DNA of 15,417 nt, taken from contig CAZNIQ010000010.1 in the NCBI GenBank assembly GCA_964573185.1, positions 5,765-21,181 on the forward strand, in the 5' to 3' direction. A model generated the notes under the pieces. The model did not search any database. It was not told the DNA's origin and saw only the letters and a list, made by a program, of their open reading frames with translations. The stretch is from Candidatus Woesearchaeota archaeon (lineage in GTDB: Archaea; Nanobdellota; Nanobdellia; Nanobdellales; CAZNIQ01). Positions 1 to 8,009 of the stretch are shown piece after piece. Numbering within the stretch: the stretch's first letter is position 1; each line of letters begins with the position of its first letter. The position numbers and the translations under genes are program-made.

Positions 1-19
1 ATTATTGGTGTTATACCCT

Positions 20-526
20 TCATATTTTATTTATTGGTGGGGGAGGTAATAAAGGCTTCGGTGGAACGGGAGGTAATACTTTTTTCTCTTCTTTTTTCTC
101 TAATTTCTTAGAAATGTCATTTAACAATTCTATGATCTTATTATTTTGTTTTTCTAAGATTTCAAACCTTTGGTTTAAGTTGCCAAGATATTTTTCCAAT
201 GTTTGAGAGATAGTTTTTGCAAGATCCACATTGTTATTATTTTCAGACGCTTCTTCTTTAGTTATTTCTTCTACAGCTGCCTCCTTTAATATCTCTACCA
301 ATTTCTTAATTTCTTTAGTTAAATCATTAACAGCTACCACCAATTCTGAAATTTTCATCTGAAGTTCTAAAGTTGTTTTAACGAAGGGTTCTAAATCTAT
401 ATTATTACTTTCAATTTTTTCTTCTTTTTTCTCCTTTTCTTTTTTAAGTAATTGTTTTAATTCCAGCAACTCCCTCTCTAATTTTTGAATAGGATCTAAA
501 GGTACTAACTCATAATATTCAGACAT
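20..526 (-). CDS. hypothetical coiled-coil protein with proline-rich C-terminus
   Basis: 168-aa ATG-initiated ORF. K/E/L-rich coiled-coil-like sequence ending in PPVPPKPLLPPPP. T/A-rich TATA-like run (about 549-557) lies about 29 nt upstream of the ATG. No family recognised. Confidence 0.5.
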   Translation of the reverse strand: MSEYYELVPLDPIQKLERELLELKQLLKKEKEKKEEKIESNNIDLEPFVKTTLELQMKISELVVAVNDLTKEIKKLVEILKEAAVEEITKEEASENNNNVDLAKTISQTLEKYLGNLNQRFEILEKQNNKIIELLNDISKKLEKKEEKKVLPPVPPKPLLPPPPINKI

Positions 527-582
527 TAAAAAGTTTATATATTAAGAAAAATAAAAAGATTTGTTAAACAAAAAAGTTAAAC

Positions 583-2223
583 TTATTCGGATTCGAATTC
601 TTCTGATTCTTCACCTCCCTTTCCTTCTTCCTTCTTTTCTTCTTTCTTTGCTGCGGCTATTACATCATCTATCTTTAATATCATTACTGCTGCTTCTGTT
701 GCTGCTTTTATGTATTGTGCATATATGTTTGCCGGCTCTATTACATTTAATTTCCACATATCTTCTACCTTTCCATTAATTACATCTACACCTGCCCATA
801 TCTGACCCTTTTCATGTGCCGCTCTCAATTCTGCCATTATTTCTATAGTATCTAAACCTGCGTTTTCAGCTAAAGCTGCTGGAATTGCTTCTAAAGCGTC
901 TGCAAATGCTAGCATTGCCATTTGTATCTTTGATGGGTGCTTCTTTGCTTCTTCTCTTAACCTTCTAGCTAATTCTACTTCTACAGCACCGCCTCCTGCT
1001 ACTACCTTTCCAGACTTTATAACTGCTGCAACATCTCTTATAGCATCATTTATAGATCTTTCAATTTCGTCTGCTACATGCTCTGATCCTGCTCTTATTA
1101 ATATCGTTACTGCTCTTGGGTTCTTGCAACCCATTACAAATACCATATTTTCATCTGCTACTTTTCTTTCTTCTACTACTTCAGCATATCCTAAATCTTC
1201 TGGTTTCAAATCTTCAATCGAAGTCACTATTTTTGCTCCAGTTGCCTTGGCTAATTTTTCCATATCAGATTTCTTAACCCTCCTTACAGCAAATATTCCA
1301 TACTTTGCTAAGTAGTGAGCAGCTAAATCATCAATTCCTTTTTGACAGAACACTACATTTGCACCAACTTCTTTTAATTTCTCTACCATCTTCTTCAACA
1401 TTTCTTCTTCTTTTCTTAAGAAAGCTTCTAATTGTTCTGGAGATGTTATTTGTATTCTCGCATCTACTTCTGGTTCCTTAACCTCTAAAGCTACATTTAA
1501 CAATGCTATCTTTGCGTTTCTTACTACCTTTGGCATTCCCGGATGTACTCTTTCCTTATCAATTACAACACCATCTATTAATTGTGTATCTTCAACACCA
1601 CCACCTACTTTCTTTTCAATTTTTATTGCATCTAAATCTACAATTATTTTTCCATCTACTTCATATGTTACTTTCCTTACAGCATCTACAACTATTTGTG
1701 CTATTTTTTCAGCAAATAAACCTGCTAACTTTGAAGATAAAGCAGATTTTGCTATTTTCTTTAATGTTTCAATATCATCGATTGAAACTGGCTTTGCTAT
1801 TTTATCTAGTTCTTTTACAACAAATTCTAAAGCTCTTCTGTATCCTTCTATTATTAAAGTAGGATGAATGTTTTGATTTAATAAATCTTCAGCTCTCTTT
1901 AACAATTCTCCAGCTAAAACTACAGATCTTTTAGTACCATCTCCAACTTCTTTATCTTGTGTTTTTGCAACTTCTATAATTAATTTTGCAGCTGGATGCT
2001 CTACTTCCATTTCCTCTAATATTGTTGCACCGTCATTTGTTACAGTAATATCTCCTAATTCGTCTACAAGCATTTTATCCATTCCCCTTGGTCCCAGGGA
2101 TGTCTTTATTGTTTCTGCAATTATTACTGCTGCCATAATATTTGATCTCAACGCATCTCTGCCTGTTGTTCTTGTCCATCCTTCTGGAAGAATCACTACT
2201 GGATATACTGTTCTTGTGGTCAT
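583..2223 (-). CDS. ths: thermosome subunit (group II chaperonin, Cpn60/TCP-1 family)
   Basis: 546 aa with hallmark motifs [45 protein letters not shown] and DEIERS. Acidic C-terminal tail. TATA TTTAAATA (2245-2252, minus) starts 29 nt upstream of the ATG. Confidence 0.97.
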   Translation of the reverse strand: MTTRTVYPVVILPEGWTRTTGRDALRSNIMAAVIIAETIKTSLGPRGMDKMLVDELGDITVTNDGATILEEMEVEHPAAKLIIEVAKTQDKEVGDGTKRSVVLAGELLKRAEDLLNQNIHPTLIIEGYRRALEFVVKELDKIAKPVSIDDIETLKKIAKSALSSKLAGLFAEKIAQIVVDAVRKVTYEVDGKIIVDLDAIKIEKKVGGGVEDTQLIDGVVIDKERVHPGMPKVVRNAKIALLNVALEVKEPEVDARIQITSPEQLEAFLRKEEEMLKKMVEKLKEVGANVVFCQKGIDDLAAHYLAKYGIFAVRRVKKSDMEKLAKATGAKIVTSIEDLKPEDLGYAEVVEERKVADENMVFVMGCKNPRAVTILIRAGSEHVADEIERSINDAIRDVAAVIKSGKVVAGGGAVEVELARRLREEAKKHPSKIQMAMLAFADALEAIPAALAENAGLDTIEIMAELRAAHEKGQIWAGVDVINGKVEDMWKLNVIEPANIYAQYIKAATEAAVMILKIDDVIAAAKKEEKKEEGKGGEESEEFESE

Positions 2224-2244
2224 GCTCTGGTTTAATTTTAGGAA

Positions 2245-2252
2245 TATTTAAA
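2245..2252 (-). promoter_or_regulatory. TATA box of the thermosome gene
   Basis: TTTAAATA on the minus strand preceded by an A-rich BRE-like run. It starts 29 nt upstream of ATG 2223. Confidence 0.55.
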
Positions 2253-2268
2253 TTTTTCTATAGAAAGA

Positions 2269-2276
2269 TTTATATA
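2269..2276 (+). promoter_or_regulatory. TATA box of the 2299 ORF
   Basis: TTTATATA preceded by GAAAGA. It starts 30 nt upstream of ATG 2299. Confidence 0.5.
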
Positions 2277-2298
2277 TTGTAATCACTATTTAGTAATT

Positions 2299-2754
2299 AT
2301 GGTAAAGTACCAAATTGACGAGATTGTTATAAAAATTCGTGGAAAGAAAACACCCCAACTTTCCATTGATTTCTTTGGAAACGCTATTTATGCTTGGCTG
2401 GGTTCCAAAAGGGATTCTGAAACAGTTAATCTAAAGTATTGTCCTGCTAATGAGAGCGTATGCTATCACTTTGTTAGAGATAAGAATTCGGCGCATTACA
2501 CTCATATAGATTTTACAAAAGAGGAAAATAATGGAAAAGGAAAGTATGTGTTAATACCACATCTATATTTCTCTCATCAAATGGATGATATTGTAAGGTA
2601 CGTAAAAGGAATATTAAAGAGTCAGAAAAGTGGGAGAGTCCCAAATATAGAATCTGAAGAAATAAGGAATTTAATTGAAAAGTTAAATGCTGTAGTCAAA
2701 GAGATAAGAAGAAAACAGGAACAAAGCTTAGATGCTATTGTTTATTTATTTTAA
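2299..2754 (+). CDS. hypothetical protein
   Basis: 151-aa ATG ORF with TATA TTTATATA 30 nt upstream. Its 3' end overlaps the convergent kinase gene by 20 nt. No family recognised. Confidence 0.55.
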   Translation: MVKYQIDEIVIKIRGKKTPQLSIDFFGNAIYAWLGSKRDSETVNLKYCPANESVCYHFVRDKNSAHYTHIDFTKEENNGKGKYVLIPHLYFSHQMDDIVRYVKGILKSQKSGRVPNIESEEIRNLIEKLNAVVKEIRRKQEQSLDAIVYLF

Positions 2755-3271
2755 CGAACTTAACTAAGTCATTAACTATGGTTTTAACCAAGTTAACTGG
2801 GTTAACCGAGGTAGTATCATAGGTTAACACAATCTTATGACTTCTCTCCTCTATCTCTCTTCCTATTATATCTAAGTTCTCTGCCCAAACATTTTCAAGT
2901 ACTTTATGTAAAGGATAACCTCTTTCTTCTAACCTTTTCTTTAAAACATTTGGATCGCATCTCAAATAAACCACAACATCTACCAATTCCTTAGGCAATA
3001 AATGCGAAAGATGGGAATCTATTATGATTATTTTTGAATTAATTTTTTCTATCTCTTCTTTTATCTTTTCTATAAGCTTTTCTTCATTTACAATAAAAGC
3101 TTGCCTAATTTCATCATAACCTTCAGTTATATCTTTCCAAATACCTTTTTTAATTAATTCATTAACGTTTAAGTGATAGGCATTTAGCTCTTTGGCTAAT
3201 AGAGAAGAAATAGTTGTTTTACCAGTTCCCGGAACTCCTGTAACAGCTATTACTATTTTATTCTTTGTCAA
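2735..3271 (-). CDS. putative adenylate kinase / NTPase, Fap7 (AK6)-like
   Basis: 178 aa. N-terminal P-loop [13 protein letters not shown] and the size and layout of archaeal Fap7/AK6-type kinases. The first codon is TTG (reverse complement of caa at 3269-3271), there is no nearby ATG, and it overlaps the eS27 stop by 14 nt. Confidence 0.8.
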   Translation of the reverse strand: MTKNKIVIAVTGVPGTGKTTISSLLAKELNAYHLNVNELIKKGIWKDITEGYDEIRQAFIVNEEKLIEKIKEEIEKINSKIIIIDSHLSHLLPKELVDVVVYLRCDPNVLKKRLEERGYPLHKVLENVWAENLDIIGREIEERSHKIVLTYDTTSVNPVNLVKTIVNDLVKFVKINKQ

Positions 3272-3467
3272 GAACTTCTAAAATTTCTCCATAGATCTTA
3301 GCTTTACCTCCTGTAGGTTCTGCGAGTACTTCTCCACAAACTAGACACTTTACTACTGTTGATGCATGTGAAAATACCACTTGCTCGTTTCCACATTTTG
3401 GACATCTAACTTTGTAAAAATGACTGTTACGCTGGAATAAACGTTTGATCTTGTCCTCCATAGACAT
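3258..3467 (-). CDS. rps27e: 30S ribosomal protein eS27 (S27e)
   Basis: C4 zinc ribbon [37 protein letters not shown], typical of S27e. The track ORF (to 3485) begins at TTG. The ATG codons at 3467 or 3461 give the expected 67-69 aa, so the start is uncertain. Confidence 0.9.
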   Translation of the reverse strand: MSMEDKIKRLFQRNSHFYKVRCPKCGNEQVVFSHASTVVKCLVCGEVLAEPTGGKAKIYGEILEVLDKE

Positions 3468-4032
3468 TCCAATCAGATGGTCCAAAGCTATAAAACTCTT
3501 TCTCCTCTTCTTGCTTCATATAATAAGGTTCCGGCAGGACCTTGAATAACCATGAAGTTAAGAGATAAAAAATTGGAAAATAAAAAATAATTGCCATAAT
3601 ACTTAAGAAATCTAGAGGAATTTTATTATACATTATGGGAGTAAGAGTTAATTGAAAATAAGCCAGTTCGTTTATTCTTCCCAAGTATTTTGCAACAGGT
3701 TTTGCTCTAATAGCTTCTATTGTAATCCAAATTCCATAAATTATAAGAAAAACAGCAAGTCCAAGCTTAATAGGATTTATACCTAATCTAGTAACCATTT
3801 GCCTTATCCAATCTAATGCGACCCATATAGCAATAGTACCATTTGTGGCAGCATTTCCAAAAGAAGTTTCTTTTTTCTCTTGAAAATAATGTGTAAAGAA
3901 CCAAGTAATATAAACTGGTAAAGTTATCCAGATAACATCTTTATCAAAAGTATGTAAGAAAATCAAGATCCATCTTTCTGTAATTTTTAAAAGAAAAGTT
4001 CCGATAGTTGTTAAAACGGAATAAGCATCCAT
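3427..4032 (-). CDS. hypothetical integral membrane protein
   Basis: 201-aa ATG ORF with several hydrophobic segments. Its start shares 1 nt with the stop of the upstream nth gene, and its 3' end overlaps the eS27 start region. No family recognised. Confidence 0.6.
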   Translation of the reverse strand: MDAYSVLTTIGTFLLKITERWILIFLHTFDKDVIWITLPVYITWFFTHYFQEKKETSFGNAATNGTIAIWVALDWIRQMVTRLGINPIKLGLAVFLIIYGIWITIEAIRAKPVAKYLGRINELAYFQLTLTPIMYNKIPLDFLSIMAIIFYFPIFYLLTSWLFKVLPEPYYMKQEEEKEFYSFGPSDWNVYGGQDQTFIPA

Positions 4033-4730
4033 TATTTATTTTTGCATTTCTCCTTATAAAATTTGCAATACTCTTTTATAGGACAAATTTCACATTTGGG
4101 TTTGTAACTACAAACATTCCTCCCAAACAAAACTAACAATCTATTTATTTTCCTCCAGTATTCCTTAGGAATTATCCTATATAGTTGTTTTTCAGTTTCT
4201 TCAGGAGTTTTAGTATTTACCCAACCTAATCTGTTAGCTATTCTATGTACATGTGTATCTACTGCAATTACATCTTTACCACAAACCAAAGATAAATAAA
4301 CATTCAATACCTTTCTTCCTACACCGGGTAAACTTAGTAAAAAGTTTTCATCACAAACCTTCACGGGTTTATACTCATTTTTATTTTTTATTCCAAATCT
4401 TTTAAGATATTCTATCCATTTTCTAGTTATTTCCTTAATCCATTTGACTTTTTGCTTATATAATCCACATTTTCTAAGAATATCCTCTAATTCCCGATCA
4501 GATAAATTTAGGATATCCCAAGGGGTGGGAGCTTTTGAAAATAATTTTTCTGAAGCTTCGATAGTTTGTTCTTCTCTCGTTCTTATTGAAATAACAGTGG
4601 CAATCAAAACCTTGAAAGGATCCTTGTATTTTTCTAGAATATAAGGAACTGCTAACTTATCATTAAGATTTTTAACATAATCCTCTATTTTCTTTAAAAC
4701 TTCAATAATCTGTTTCTTGTCGTAATTCAT
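4032..4730 (-). CDS. nth: endonuclease III (HhH-GPD DNA glycosylase/AP lyase with Fe-S cluster)
   Basis: Helix-hairpin-helix LPGVGRKVLNVYL (catalytic Lys), VDTHVHRIANRLGW (catalytic Asp) and a C-terminal four-Cys cluster CSYKPKCEICPIKEYC. Confidence 0.9.
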   Translation of the reverse strand: MNYDKKQIIEVLKKIEDYVKNLNDKLAVPYILEKYKDPFKVLIATVISIRTREEQTIEASEKLFSKAPTPWDILNLSDRELEDILRKCGLYKQKVKWIKEITRKWIEYLKRFGIKNKNEYKPVKVCDENFLLSLPGVGRKVLNVYLSLVCGKDVIAVDTHVHRIANRLGWVNTKTPEETEKQLYRIIPKEYWRKINRLLVLFGRNVCSYKPKCEICPIKEYCKFYKEKCKNK

Positions 4731-5049
4731 AAATAAGTGGTTTTCTGTTCAGAACCACATATCTTACATTTTCTCTTTTTAAAGCCTTTTCCACTCCTTC
4801 TTTAATTTCTTGATCATAGACTACTAAAAACTTCCAAGAATATAGATCAAAAGTTTCTATTGATAACAAAGATTTTTTATTTTTCTTTACTCTGATCAGA
4901 ACATATGGAATTAATATACCATCTTCATTTAATTCTCTAGCTTCTACTTCTAACTTATATCCAGCATAATTGGCCTCTTTAATACCAGATACCAAGATTC
5001 TATGCGGAGGAGTATCCAGCAATTTTTCAACAAGGTTTTCTATACTCAT
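4702..5049 (-). CDS. hypothetical protein
   Basis: The track ORF (to 5067) begins at TTG. The first ATG is at 5049 (MSIENLV...), with a TATA-like TTTTGTAAAT about 27-29 nt upstream. Overlaps the nth start by 29 nt. No family recognised. Confidence 0.5.
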   Translation of the reverse strand: MSIENLVEKLLDTPPHRILVSGIKEANYAGYKLEVEARELNEDGILIPYVLIRVKKNKKSLLSIETFDLYSWKFLVVYDQEIKEGVEKALKRENVRYVVLNRKPLIYELRQETDY

Positions 5050-5082
5050 TAATTTTTTCAATAGCAAATTTACAAAAGCTTT

Positions 5083-5131
5083 ATGATGACGATCTCCCTG
5101 TCTGACACATGATGAACAGCATTTCAGCTGA
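5083..5131 (+). ncRNA. C/D box sRNA (2'-O-methylation guide)
   Basis: Perfect archaeal architecture. C box AUGAUGA 5083-5089; 12-nt guide CGAUCUCCCUGU; D' CUGA 5102-5105; 3-nt linker; C' AUGAUGA 5109-5115; 12-nt guide ACAGCAUUUCAG; D CUGA 5128-5131. Short UUU/AAA flanking complementarity. Intergenic, with a T-rich TATA-like element near 5053-5063. Confidence 0.85.
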
Positions 5132-5134
5132 AAA

Positions 5135-5142
5135 TTTAAAAA
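5135..5142 (+). promoter_or_regulatory. TATA box of aIF5A
   Basis: TTTAAAAA starts 29 nt upstream of ATG 5164 and begins 3 nt after the D box of the upstream sRNA. Confidence 0.5.
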
Positions 5143-5163
5143 TAGATACCTTTACGAACTTTT

Positions 5164-5559
5164 ATGGTAGAAATACAGATTAAAAAAGTTGCAGATATAA
5201 AACCGGGTAATTACATTTGGTACAATGGTAAAGTGTATAAAGTCGTATCTGTAGAAACTTCTAAGACAGGCAAACATGGATCTGCTAAAGCAAGAATAGA
5301 AGCTATATCTTTCGATGGAGATAAAGTTGTATTAATAAAACCAACACAAGATCCTATAGAAACACCTGTAATTGAAAAAAGAAAAGCACAAGTGATATCT
5401 GTATTGTCTGATGATAAAGTAATGGTAATGGACTTAGAAACTTATGAAACATATGAAGCTTATGTTACTGATACTTTGAAAGGGAAATTAAAAGAAGGAG
5501 ATAATGTAGTTGTTTGGGATATAGGTGAAAAAATTGTAATGCAAAGATTTAGGGAATAA
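5164..5559 (+). CDS. aif5A: translation initiation factor 5A (aIF5A)
   Basis: 131 aa with the hypusine-site motif SKTGKHGSAKA and a C-terminal OB-fold-like region. TATA TTTAAAAA (5135-5142) starts 29 nt upstream of the ATG. Confidence 0.95.
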   Translation: MVEIQIKKVADIKPGNYIWYNGKVYKVVSVETSKTGKHGSAKARIEAISFDGDKVVLIKPTQDPIETPVIEKRKAQVISVLSDDKVMVMDLETYETYEAYVTDTLKGKLKEGDNVVVWDIGEKIVMQRFRE

Positions 5560-6736
5560 TCTTAACAGCTTTCCCATCTCTTAATTTTTCTAAAAATCCT
5601 TTAACAGTTTCCAGCTCACAAGAAAACACTCTTCTGTAGAATTCATCGTAATTTTCTTCAAATAAAGCTATTATATATGCTTCATTCCATATTCTCTTAA
5701 ATATGTTTACTCTATTTTTCTTATAAATTAATTCATACATTCTTTTTCTTCCTTCAAAGTATTTTTCATCAGTTTTTTCAATACTTTGATATAAATCTTC
5801 TATTGCTTTTTCCAAAATTTCTTCCTTATCTTTCTCGAATCCAGGGATTTTTAAAGAATAAATGATTTCATCCGGATATACGTATGAAATTTCAAAAGAA
5901 ACTTTATATCCAATTCCATATTTTTCTCTAATTACTTGAAAAGTTAAAGATGATAACCCACCTGAAACTAAATTTTCAAAAGCCTGAACCAGATGTAAAT
6001 CCTCATTAACTCTGAAATTTAATGAATAATAAATTTGATTTTGAGTATTCATATGTATAACAATATCTTTTCCTTTGTCCTTTTTTGGAACTTTCTTTTT
6101 AGGTTTATCTCCTTCTAATCTTGAGAAATATTTCTCTACAAGTTCTACATGTTTTTCATTAAAATTCCCTGAAAGAATAATAAACATATTTTCTGGAACA
6201 TACATCTTTGCTTTATATTCTTCTAAATCTTCTTTGGTTATACTTTCTACTGTTTCTCTATATCCCGCTATAGGATCCCCATAATCGGATTCTCCGTACA
6301 CACTTTTAGGAATTAAATCTTCCATTCTAGATTCAGGGTCGTTTTCGTATCTTTCTATTTCACTTAAAACTACTTTTTTCTCATTCTCAAACTCTTTAAA
6401 ATCGTACTTATCATTTTCAAACATTGAATACAGAATATCTAATACTTTTTCAAAGCCAGAAGGAATTACTTCCACAGCATAGAAAGTTAAGAATGTATCC
6501 GTAAAAGCATTAGCTATACCACCATTTAATTCTAAACCTAAATTTATTTCCCTAGCAGAATATTTCTTATTACTTTTAAACATCATATGCTCTAATAAAT
6601 GGGAGATTCCCCTTTTATCTTTGGGCTCATATATACTTCCGGTTAAAACACCAACTCCTATTCCTATTGTATTTGCTTCTGGTACTGGATCTAAATATAT
6701 CTTTATACCATTTTCAGCAGTGTGCCCTTTCATCAT
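5549..6736 (-). CDS. M16 family (pitrilysin/insulinase-like) zinc peptidase
   Basis: 395 aa. Inverted zinc-binding motif HLLEHMMFK (HxxEH) near the N-terminus and the downstream GGIANAFT region typical of M16. Its 3' end overlaps aIF5A by 11 nt. Confidence 0.85.
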   Translation of the reverse strand: MMKGHTAENGIKIYLDPVPEANTIGIGVGVLTGSIYEPKDKRGISHLLEHMMFKSNKKYSAREINLGLELNGGIANAFTDTFLTFYAVEVIPSGFEKVLDILYSMFENDKYDFKEFENEKKVVLSEIERYENDPESRMEDLIPKSVYGESDYGDPIAGYRETVESITKEDLEEYKAKMYVPENMFIILSGNFNEKHVELVEKYFSRLEGDKPKKKVPKKDKGKDIVIHMNTQNQIYYSLNFRVNEDLHLVQAFENLVSGGLSSLTFQVIREKYGIGYKVSFEISYVYPDEIIYSLKIPGFEKDKEEILEKAIEDLYQSIEKTDEKYFEGRKRMYELIYKKNRVNIFKRIWNEAYIIALFEENYDEFYRRVFSCELETVKGFLEKLRDGKAVKIIP

Positions 6737-6752
6737 AATCTTTATCGTTTTA

Positions 6753-7694
6753 TCATAAAAATCTTAATAAACTAGAGCTTTTAGCCTTTTTAGACAATTC
6801 ATCAGCCAATCTTATTGGTTCGGGATATCTTCCCTTTACCCACGTCTTTTCAGCTAATTCTCTAGAAGTTTCTAAGGATATTTTATGTCCCGGAGAAACA
6901 TAAACTGTATAACCGAATTTTCTTAAGACATACCCGACTATTTCATTATTCAAAATTATTTTGTCATCTATGATTTTTCCAACTAGAAGAGATTTTGTTA
7001 TGCCGATAGTAGGTATATCTAATAAAACTCCAACAAAAGTTGCTAAACCCATTTTAACTGGATGTGCTATTCCGAAACCATTTACAAAAAGGACATCTGG
7101 TTTTGGATCTATTTTATTAAAGTTTTTAACAATAGGAATACCCTCTCTAAAAGCTAGAAACGTTGGAATATATGGAAAATCAATTTCTTCCTCAAAAACA
7201 TAATATTTTATCAATTTTAAATCTTTATTTAATAAAACAAATGTAACTTTTCCTTTATTCCCTTTATAGCTCAAATCTACTCCTCCAATTATCTCTATTT
7301 TATTGAATTTATCTTTAAGAATTATTCTTTCAGTCAATTTTCTTTGAATTTCTCTTAATTTTTCCAAGGGCTTTTCTTTTATATTAAAATCTTTAAACAG
7401 GTATCTTTCTAAATTTATAATTTTATTATTCTTTATTTCCACTCCTTCTTCTAAAAGTTTCTTTCTTTGTTCTTCATCTTTAATTTCACCTTTCTCATTT
7501 ACAACTCGCCACCAATTTTCAAATTTCTTTTCTTTTAAAGTATAATAAACAAACTTTGTTGCAAATTTTGATCCAAGCATTTCAGCTAAAATTTTATAAG
7601 TAGTAACCTTTCCTTTAGGAATTTGTTTTAAAAGCTCTTCTAAGGTTCTGTAAAGATCCCTACCAATTTTATTAATTTCTTCCAATGTCAGCAC
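6753..7694 (-). CDS. nfi: fusion protein: N-terminal alkyltransferase-like (ATL/MGMT DNA-binding) domain + C-terminal endonuclease V-like domain
   Basis: aa 1-90: LKQIPKGKVTTYKILAEMLG ... NWWRVVNEKGEI resembles the MGMT/ATL helix-turn-helix and PCHRV region, with Trp at the Cys position. aa 95-313: EndoV motifs GGVDLSY, FPYIPTFLAFREG, GIAHP, IPTIGITKS, VSPGH and YPEPIRLAD. GTG start codon. Confidence 0.85.
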   Translation of the reverse strand: MLTLEEINKIGRDLYRTLEELLKQIPKGKVTTYKILAEMLGSKFATKFVYYTLKEKKFENWWRVVNEKGEIKDEEQRKKLLEEGVEIKNNKIINLERYLFKDFNIKEKPLEKLREIQRKLTERIILKDKFNKIEIIGGVDLSYKGNKGKVTFVLLNKDLKLIKYYVFEEEIDFPYIPTFLAFREGIPIVKNFNKIDPKPDVLFVNGFGIAHPVKMGLATFVGVLLDIPTIGITKSLLVGKIIDDKIILNNEIVGYVLRKFGYTVYVSPGHKISLETSRELAEKTWVKGRYPEPIRLADELSKKAKSSSLLRFL

Positions 7695-7698
7695 AAGA

Positions 7699-7706
7699 TT
7701 TAAAAG
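7699..7706 (+). promoter_or_regulatory. TATA box of the 7728 ORF
   Basis: TTTAAAAG starts 29 nt upstream of ATG 7728. Confidence 0.5.
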
Positions 7707-7716
7707 AGGATCTCGG

Positions 7717-7724
7717 TTTTAAAA
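7717..7724 (-). promoter_or_regulatory. TATA box of the ATL-EndoV gene
   Basis: Palindromic TTTTAAAA starts 30 nt upstream of GTG 7694. The two divergent promoters interleave within a 33-bp intergenic region. Confidence 0.45.
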
Positions 7725-7727
7725 GTT

Positions 7728-7985
7728 ATGAAGGATTGGGTAAAGGAATTAATTATAGGTTTTGTTTTATTAGTAGTAGGTGCATTTTTAACAGTACAAT
7801 ACTGGGCAGAAGTGATTAAGGTTATTCTAGGCGTTTTAGGACCAATATTATTATTTCTAGGTATAATCTTCTTATGGATCGGAGTAGAGGATAAGAAACT
7901 TGAGAAAGAATTAGAAGAATTGGAAAAAGAATTAAAGGAAGAAGAAAAGCAAGAGGAGAAGAAGGAAGAGGAACAAAAGAAATAA
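7728..7985 (+). CDS. small membrane protein with K/E-rich C-terminal tail
   Basis: 85 aa with two hydrophobic segments followed by EKELEELEKELKEEEKQEEKKEEEQKK. TATA TTTAAAAG (7699-7706) starts 29 nt upstream of the ATG. No family recognised. Confidence 0.5.
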   Translation: MKDWVKELIIGFVLLVVGAFLTVQYWAEVIKVILGVLGPILLFLGIIFLWIGVEDKKLEKELEELEKELKEEEKQEEKKEEEQKK

Positions 7986-8009
7986 AAAGATAATTAAAGG
8001 ATACTGACA

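Noticed and set aside
30-75. GC-richer patch near the left edge (GGTGGGGGAGG...GGTGGAACGGGAGG) as a possible structured RNA
   Set aside because: It is the reverse complement of the proline-rich C-terminal codons (PPVPPKPLLPPPP) of the 20-526 ORF. No stem-loop or box structure was seen.
561-1862. Plus-strand ORFs 561-779, 1124-1315 and 1503-1862, antisense to the thermosome gene
   Set aside because: These are low-complexity L/F/S/H-rich translations lying entirely opposite a strongly supported CDS. They have no promoter-like elements (561 starts at TTG) and are typical shadow ORFs of an AT-rich gene.
3111-3126. CUGA ... AUGAUGA (D'/C'-like pair) on the minus strand inside the kinase CDS; also isolated UGAUGA matches at 1328-1333, 2575-2580, 4348-4354, 5410-5415, 9085-9090 and 12991-12996
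   Set aside because: None has a CUGA box at 10-13 nt spacing or a partner box pair. All lie within coding sequence, so they are consistent with chance in AT-rich DNA.
6714-6736. AUGAUGA-N12-CUGA on the minus strand at the start of the M16 peptidase gene, resembling half of a C/D box sRNA
   Set aside because: The ATGATGA is the Met-Met-Lys start of a well-supported CDS. No C'-like or second D box follows at the right spacing (downstream is AAAUGGUAUAAAGAUAUAUUUAGAUC). No independent promoter spacing was found, so it is most likely coincidence.
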